Source: Veleropilina oligotropha (lineage: Eukaryota). Taken from it: a stretch of 64,000 bases of DNA. A program made the translations under genes and the position numbers. The notes beneath the pieces were generated by a model. It was not told the DNA's origin, ran no database searches, and was given only the letters and a program-made list of their open reading frames with translations. Shown here in pieces: positions 56,581 through 64,000 of the stretch; the first letter of the stretch is position 1, and the number at the start of each line of letters is the position of its first letter. The DNA is taken from the NCBI GenBank assembly GCA_048128005.1, contig JBEUKZ010000023.1, forward strand, positions 1 through 64,000, read 5' to 3'.

Positions 56581-58798
56581 GATATACCATTTGAGTTTAA
56601 CAAAGTTATCTCCCTATGATTATGATATAAAAACTACAGCAAATGCATTTATTCAAGTCATTACATAGCATGTTGGCAATACCCAGTTGAATCACATTGT
56701 TCGATAATTAACAGATTGAGCAATTTATACTGATCGATCTTGCCAGCTAATTTTCAGTCATAAATGAGTCTCTGAACGACGAAACAAATTGATCATGGTG
56801 CTGACACAACTGGGGCAGCGTACCTTAGTGGTTATGATGGTGCTGGACCACGACACTAGATATCAGACTAATTTTCACAGGTATAGAGAGAGCAACACGT
56901 TGCACGCAATACAGACAGTCAGACACTAATGAAAAACTGTTGAACTTGGTCGCAAACTGTTTAAAGTCTAACGATACTGATACTTCCACATTGCATCCCA
57001 TTCTTTCGCGGATGCTAGTCATTTTCCCCAGAACTCCCGTGCATTTCCATGGAAACGAACTGGGAACACCGGATTTCTAGTGCGGCATCAGAACAAACGT
57101 CGAAGGGAGACAATTTTGGTCAACTTGTTGCAGTATTTATTGTCGAAGGGAGACAACTTTTGTCAACCTGCCAGTAATTTTATAGTCAAGGTCGATCACC
57201 TTTAAAAAGGATTTGAATTGATACGTATCCAATGGTGAGTGCGCTTCGATAAACTCCGGTGCGTTCCCAATACAACGAAACGCACGGGGACCTGATTTCT
57301 AGAACATTATCATAAGCACAGAACAATGGTCGAAGGGAGACAACTTTTGTCAACTTGTTTAAATATTTCTGGTATCGAGATTTCAAACGTAGTACTTTTA
57401 TGATTAAAGTTAAAATCTGATGAGCATAAATGTGTCATCACATCTGAAACTATTTTCTCATATTCGAATTTATGGATGTGTCTTGTTGAAGTATGCAAGT
57501 GTTCACAATTATTTATGATTGGTCCGGTACCGTAACCTAATGGTTTAATTTGACTCTGAATTCACTGGTTTGATTGCTCTATCAAACAGAAGTGCATCCG
57601 AACCTCATTTGCGCCAATGTAATTCTATATTTAGTTGTCCAAATCTATCGGTGATTTCATGGAATGAAAGTCCATAATATTCCATGAAAACCACACCACG
57701 GTTCACACAAATCTAATGGCTTCTCTATAACAAGTCCGATTCCACACTTGTATACATAATAATTATTCCATTTTTTTGGAATGACAATTTTCCATGACTT
57801 CGTTGATTGGATTTTCTATGCTTGTCCACCGTTGACTCAAGTGTCATGTACACATGGTCTAAATCAACAGTTATATGAACGAGTTGAGAATCGCATCAAG
57901 AGTCCAGTGGATAAGATGGCACGCTCACAATTCACAAGCTTGAATTACGCTCTATTTAAAATAATGACCTTGAATCCTGGGCTGTGTCCTTTCTTCAGTA
58001 ACCAGACACAGTTGTCCGAAACTGGTCGGTGTCAAGGCTGGTTTCCCGTCTATGAACATTTCCGTGTGACGGTTGTCCTCCCGCAGTATATGGACATGTC
58101 CTGGTATATGAACTTGGCAGTTATTAAAACGGGACATTATACTTAGATCAAAGCAATACACGAGCGAGTTGAGAGCTACGTTTATCTAGCGATTTTGATT
58201 TTTATTATTGCACATATATTAATGACAAACTGTGAAAAACTCGTACAATAAAACATGATTTATATTGTTTCATGATATCATTACCCTTCGAACAAAACTT
58301 ACATGGAAATTTTATATTGATGGCATAAGAGTAATTATAATCCTTTAAATTATTTAACTATATGTAAATAGCAATATTAATCTTTTTTTCAATTGTCTAC
58401 AAATATACAAATTGATGCCTTGTTGTCAGATGATGATGATATTGATGTTTAACGACCACGCCAACAGTATTTCTGTTATAGATCGGGCCAATCAACTTTG
58501 AATGATGAAATGAATTGGTGCTGTGTGCAATGTAGGCAGCGATAATGGGAAAAACCCAAACACCCAGGGGATTGAACCCGTGACCTCTCATTAGTCGATC
58601 AGCACCGTATCCACTCCGCCATGCTGACCCCCATTGTTGTCAGCAGCAAATGCCTGTAACATGGATTAAAAAAACATTTATGTCACTACTGTCTGTGGAT
58701 ACAATAACTAAAACACCATTGCCACTAAGATGAAAGTCTGCAAAATACATTAGGGCATATTGAAACAAAAATACCAAATTTGCATGTTAGAATTGCAT

Positions 58799-59010
58799 TA
58801 CTGTAAACCCCTATATTTTAGAAGCCATAAAATTTGGCGATTTCTCAATTCCCTGTATATTAGCGGCCTTGTAAATTAGCGATTTTTAATCGCTAAGTTA
58901 ATTGAGCTGATTTCTATAAAATATTTCGCAGCCTTTTATTTTTGCGATAAAATAGAGTACGCGAAACTCACGAAAATAAAAGGCACACTAAAATAAAGGG
59001 TTTTACAGTA
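58799..59010. mobile_element. MITE with TA-flanked TIRs (Tc1/mariner-like)
   Basis: tactgtaaaccc...gggttttacagta. Confidence 0.7.
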
Positions 59011-60738
59011 TTTGTGTCAAAGTAAATAAACAGTAAAGGTAGTCTTTGTACTTCATGCTAATCGGAACAAATAACTTTTAAAGCAACAACGGTGAAACGT
59101 GCTCGTACAACACTAATATATTAAATCGCATTAACAGTTATATTCTGATGACAGTAACAAAAGACTTATATTCTGATGTTAAACATTTCTGTGATTTCAT
59201 CAATTCTTCTGGGCATTTGTTTATTTTCACTATTCAATCGTAGAATAGCAGTGGAATATTGTCAGACCATTCACCCAATCTGCCACAAAATCAACCCATT
59301 CAATTATTCAATGGTGATTAATTTCATTAGGCACGCCTGATGGGTCATCAAGTTTCGCTTTAACGCTGAACGGTTTTCACTGACATGAACTGCTGGATAA
59401 TTATAAATAGTTCAGATATAAAGGAGTGCAATTAATCTCTGAACTATTCAATGCTGTCTAGTAGTTTTCCCATACATAGTAACAAAATAGAATAAATACA
59501 AATTCAAATGTTTGATGCTAAACATCATGGCTCGTATTCATGAAGGCGGGATAAATTTAACCTAGAATAGCGACTAATCCAATGATAGCTATACCGAGGT
59601 TAAGGTGAAGATGTTGTTGGTATTCACAAAGCGGTATAGCGAGCAGAGGATAGCTATTCAGCTGTGCTAGAAGTAAATCAGGGAATCCCCGCTCACTGCA
59701 CATGACTAGCGCATCAGGGAATCCCCGCTCACTGCACATGACTAGCACATGGTTCTCGAATCAAAATCGTCGTGATAAGAACTCTCCCGTCTGAGAGAGC
59801 TTTCGTAATGACGACACTGCGTTGGGGAGTGGACAAAACGCCACCATTTCTTTCGTTCTCTCGGAGTGCGGGCAAGTGTTATTATAATAAATAGAGTTTG
59901 GAAATGTTTGCAGCTTTGCATGCACATTTTGTGTATTATCAAGTCATTAAATGGATTACGGCGCTCTGTATGTATTAAAATCGCTTTAAAGCATGAAAGT
60001 CGCCTTTGTCTATCATGTTTATTCTCAGGTTAAGACACTATATCTGGTCGAAGCCGAGAATAAGATATCCTCAGGTAAGAGACACCAATTAGCACTAACC
60101 GCGCTTCATGAATACCAGTTTTTCAGATTTATCCCGAGGATAGATTTTATCATCAGGTTAAGGCGTTATCCTGTCTTCATGAATACGGGCCCAGATCTAT
60201 TTCTAACGAGATGCTCAACTAACAAATTGGCATGTCTCGCATATGAATTAGATGTAACCAATGATATTTAACTCTGTTTACGAATATCGTGATTTTGATT
60301 AGGACTTCGGCGAATTCATTTCTACCAATAAACTATATATTTTATAAACGGTTTTTTTCCCGATATTTACAATTTCATTTCAAGTAATGCTTCCACAGCG
60401 CACACCATATCAAGCATTGCACAAATTATTTTTACAAACTTATGACTGAAAAATGAAGATATATACAGAAACATATATATAAATATGTAAAATTTACTGA
60501 GATCCATACACACAAAACATAACATTAAACACGTATATAATATAAAGATCATATAACCGCGTGTTGATTTAAATACACTCAATATAATTATATATTGTAA
60601 AAGTAAAATTATGCCGTCTCTGGTAGCACTTCATTTCCTCTTAAAAAGCACGGGCATTTATGACGCTGATGATAAGGATAAACAAATGCTCTCACATGAC
60701 ACGATGTAATGACGGATGAAAGTAGAATGAGTTCGTGA

Positions 60739-61984
60739 TTATAATTTCCCGAGTCCGTTGACCTGCGCGTCCGGCTTTCCGTGGAGCTGTTCTTGCATCT
60801 TGGCCAACATGGCGTGCATCCTCTGAATCTGAAACGCAACGATATTAATTAATTTAAATACCGAATATGTCCTAAACGGAATTGGTTTTATAAATAAATT
60901 CAAGATATGATTTGCATCAATGCTGCTTACTGGTTCATTTAACAGCTTTCAGGTTCATACCAAGACATTAACATGGAAAGAAAGCATGTTCACTGACCAG
61001 TGCCCGGTTTTATGAGCTAGGCATAGGTCTAGTCCAGGACTATTTCAAGGGATAAATTGTTGAATGTGTTTTAGTAGAATGGACTACGCTAGTTCTGGCC
61101 TGTGTTACGCCTTGATTCCTAGGCCACCTCAGTACATTAGGAGGCAATTCGAAAGTGCATGCATGGTGCAACTGAAATAATCTTGGCTGACTCGGACTAT
61201 GGTAAACTAGTCCTGGACTATACCTACGCACAGCTCATAAAACCTGGCACAGCGATGGACAACTGTGACTGGTAAGTAAACAAAGAGTGCCACAGCGAGG
61301 ATTCAAACCCAATATTGTTTGTTAGAGCAATCAAGCTAATAAATTGCGAGTCAACGCTTTATTCCTCTCGACTACCAATAATATTTATGTCGTTACTAAT
61401 TTTGAGGCAAGGGAGACAACTCTGTATCGACTATGGGATGCATACCTCGGCATCTTTCTGCTCTAGCAGGTTGTCCGCGTCGACGATCGCCTCAAAGTTG
61501 GGACTGGAATCTCTCTTCAGTTTACTGTTATAAAAGAACATGGCAAAATGAAATACACAGACTGTTATGCTTAAATTGACTGTCTTGCTGAATAAACAAT
61601 ACATGTTGAATCTGATTAATTATTTGCACTTTAAAATTAATTATTATACATGGCCATTGCATTGACACTGCGTCATTGTTCTGTTTGGATTAGCAGAGAA
61701 CCTAACATGTATTTTATAAAATTCTCTGCAATAAAGTTATTACTTAAAATTTGAATTAAAATCGTGCATACAAAATGAATAGATTAAAATCATATATTTT
61801 ATCAACAACAACAAAAATTTAATACAACCAACTAAATTGGGACAATATATATTTCGAGTGAATTGAATTATTGACCTACTTTCTATCCCTCTGAGATTTT
61901 GTCATCTGCTCGGCTATGTGGTGTGCTCGGTAGTTCTCATAATGAATATCGGACGTGACATCCTTGAGGTCCTGCATATGCGTA
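60739..61984 (-). CDS. Septin (SEPT2 group, SEPT4/5-like), last three coding exons: 61984-61880, 61524-61446, 60828-60739; upstream exons lie beyond the window
   Basis: Spliced translation THMQDLKDVTSDIHYENYRAHHI...LLEQKDAEIQRMHAMLAKMQEQL...* gives the end of the septin unique element and the coiled coil. GT-AG phases are consistent. Confidence 0.9.
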
Positions 61985-62689
61985 CTGCAAAGCAAAGCAT
62001 AACATTCAGAAAAATGTACAAGGAAACAGTAATGGTCAAAGGGAGACAACTCTTGTCGCCTTGTTAAAAATTCAAATGATGCGATTTCAAGAATAAAATC
62101 AATATTACTAACGTATTGTATATTCAAGCCGTGAATTCAAACTTTAGAATGGAGCTCATAACATAGTTATATGAAAATATTTCTACAATATTTTTATAAT
62201 CCAGTCTTTTTATTCACTTATATAAATGTAATGTATAAATATCAATACTCGACTATATACTATAGTATGCCCCAAATCACCTTATCAACATCTGTCGAAG
62301 TCGTATGAAGTCGCAGTGCTTTGGGTTATCCACTGGAAAGAAATATTATTTTTATGATACCATTCTGTCAATACAGTTTTTCTCACCGATTGCTCAAAGG
62401 AGTGTATTCAGTTTCACAATTGATAAAATATGCACATTTAGTTGATTAATATCATTATAGACAAAAGAGACTAAAATAACAAGAAATTAGATATACTAAA
62501 TTATTTCCACAACGGAATGTCATTTAGACATAATATATCGATAATAAAAAATAAGACAAAATTCATTTAACTTTTATGAATAAATAACAAAAATTTAATG
62601 ATCAGACGTTTTTTCAATGCTTACACTGAAATGCTCCCCTGATTTATCTCCCTCTAATCCTCTACTATACTACTAATCATCTCAGATCC

Positions 62690-63603
62690 ACGTACTCACC
62701 CTCTACAATGCCCCATGAATAGTCGCCCTCTCATCCACTACAGTTGCCCTGTCAGCCCACTCACCCTCTACAATGCCCACGGATATAGTCGCCCCGTCAG
62801 CCCACTCACCCTCTACAATGCCCCACGGATACAGTCGCCCCGTCAGCCCACTCACCCTCTACAATGCCCCACGGATATAGTCGCCCCGTCAGCCCACTCA
62901 CCCTCTACAATGCCCCACGGATACAGTCGCCCCGTCAGCCCACTCACCCTCTACAATGCCCCACGGATATAGTCGCCCTCTCATCCACTACAGTTGCCCT
63001 GTCAGCCCACTCACCCTCTACAATGCCCCACGGATACAGTCGCCCTGTCAGCCCACTCACCCTCTACAATGCCCCACGGATATAGTCGCCCCGTCAGCCC
63101 ACTCACCCTCTACAATGCCCCACAGATATAGTCGCCCTGTCAGCCCACTCACCCTCTACAATGCCCCACGGATATAGTCGCCCCGTCAGCCCACTCACCC
63201 TCTACAATGCCCCATGGATACAGTCGCCCCATCAGCCCACTCACCCTCTACAATGCCCCACGGATATAGTCACCCTCTCAGCCCACTCGCCCTCTACAAT
63301 GCCCCACGGATATAGTCGCCCCATCAGCCCACTCACCCTCTACAATGCCCCACGGATATAGTCACCCTCTCAGCCCACTCGCCCTCTACAATTCCCCACG
63401 GATACAGTCGCCCTCTAAGCCCACTCACCCTCTACAATGCCCCACGGATACAGTCGCCCTGTCAGCCCACTCACCCTCTACAATGCCCCACGGATACAGT
63501 CACCCTGTCAGCCCCCTCACCCTCTACAATGCCCCACGGATATAGTCGCCCCGTCAGCCCACTCACCCTCTACAATGCCCCACGGATACAGTCGCCCTCT
63601 CAG
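62690..63603. repeat. 46-bp minisatellite in a septin intron
   Basis: Unit cccactcaccctctacaatgccccacggata(t/c)agtcgccccgtcag, about 19 copies. Confidence 0.96.
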
Positions 63604-64000
63604 TTTCTTTCCACCAACTTCGACCACTGTGTTACAACCGACCACGGCAAATGGTACAGCAGCCTAGAAAGGAGAGGATTGATGCTTAATGTCCTGTATA
63701 TATCCATTCAACCATTAGGTTCAAAGCAGGACATGTCCATATTATCACAGGAGGAAAACCCGGTCGCCTGAGAAAATTCACTCTCCCCAGTTACGGACAA
63801 CTGTAATTAAAAAAAGAACAAGTAATGCGATGTCCAAACCGAGGTTCGAACCCAGTACTGTTTGTGTCAGCGGAATCAAGCCAGTGATTTTTTGGAGTCT
63901 GCAACCGAAACTACACCACTGTCGGAATGGCCACAGCAGCCTAGAAGATGATGCATTATTTATACTATTACATTACTGCATCCATACTTTGCTGGTTGTA

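Overview
Animal (probably marine invertebrate) genomic DNA, AT-rich and repeat-dense. Host genes are a complete 6-exon flavin-containing monooxygenase (minus strand, 23314-17551, about 533 aa) and the last three coding exons of a septin (minus strand, 61984-60739). Most of the rest is decayed LINEs, tRNA-derived SINEs, palindromic MITEs and mini/microsatellites. The main feature is a ~17 kb GC-rich, intron-less endogenous Polinton-like virus (39604-56580). It has AGCAGC...GCTGCT termini, 141 bp of perfect (about 250 bp imperfect) terminal inverted repeat and a GATAT target-site duplication. It encodes a putative major and minor capsid protein, an A32-like packaging ATPase, a frameshifted retroviral-type integrase and many membrane proteins. 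I found no maturation protease. Its 1288-aa replication protein fuses a Rho_N-like domain, a divergent family-B polymerase core, an SF1 (RecD/Pif1-like) helicase and a C-terminal HNH/Zn domain. The right arm holds a stack of four terminus copies separated by unrelated spacers, a Penelope RT fragment with a hammerhead ribozyme core, and an AP-1/G-box/TATA promoter. All family assignments come from motif recognition by eye; no searches were run.
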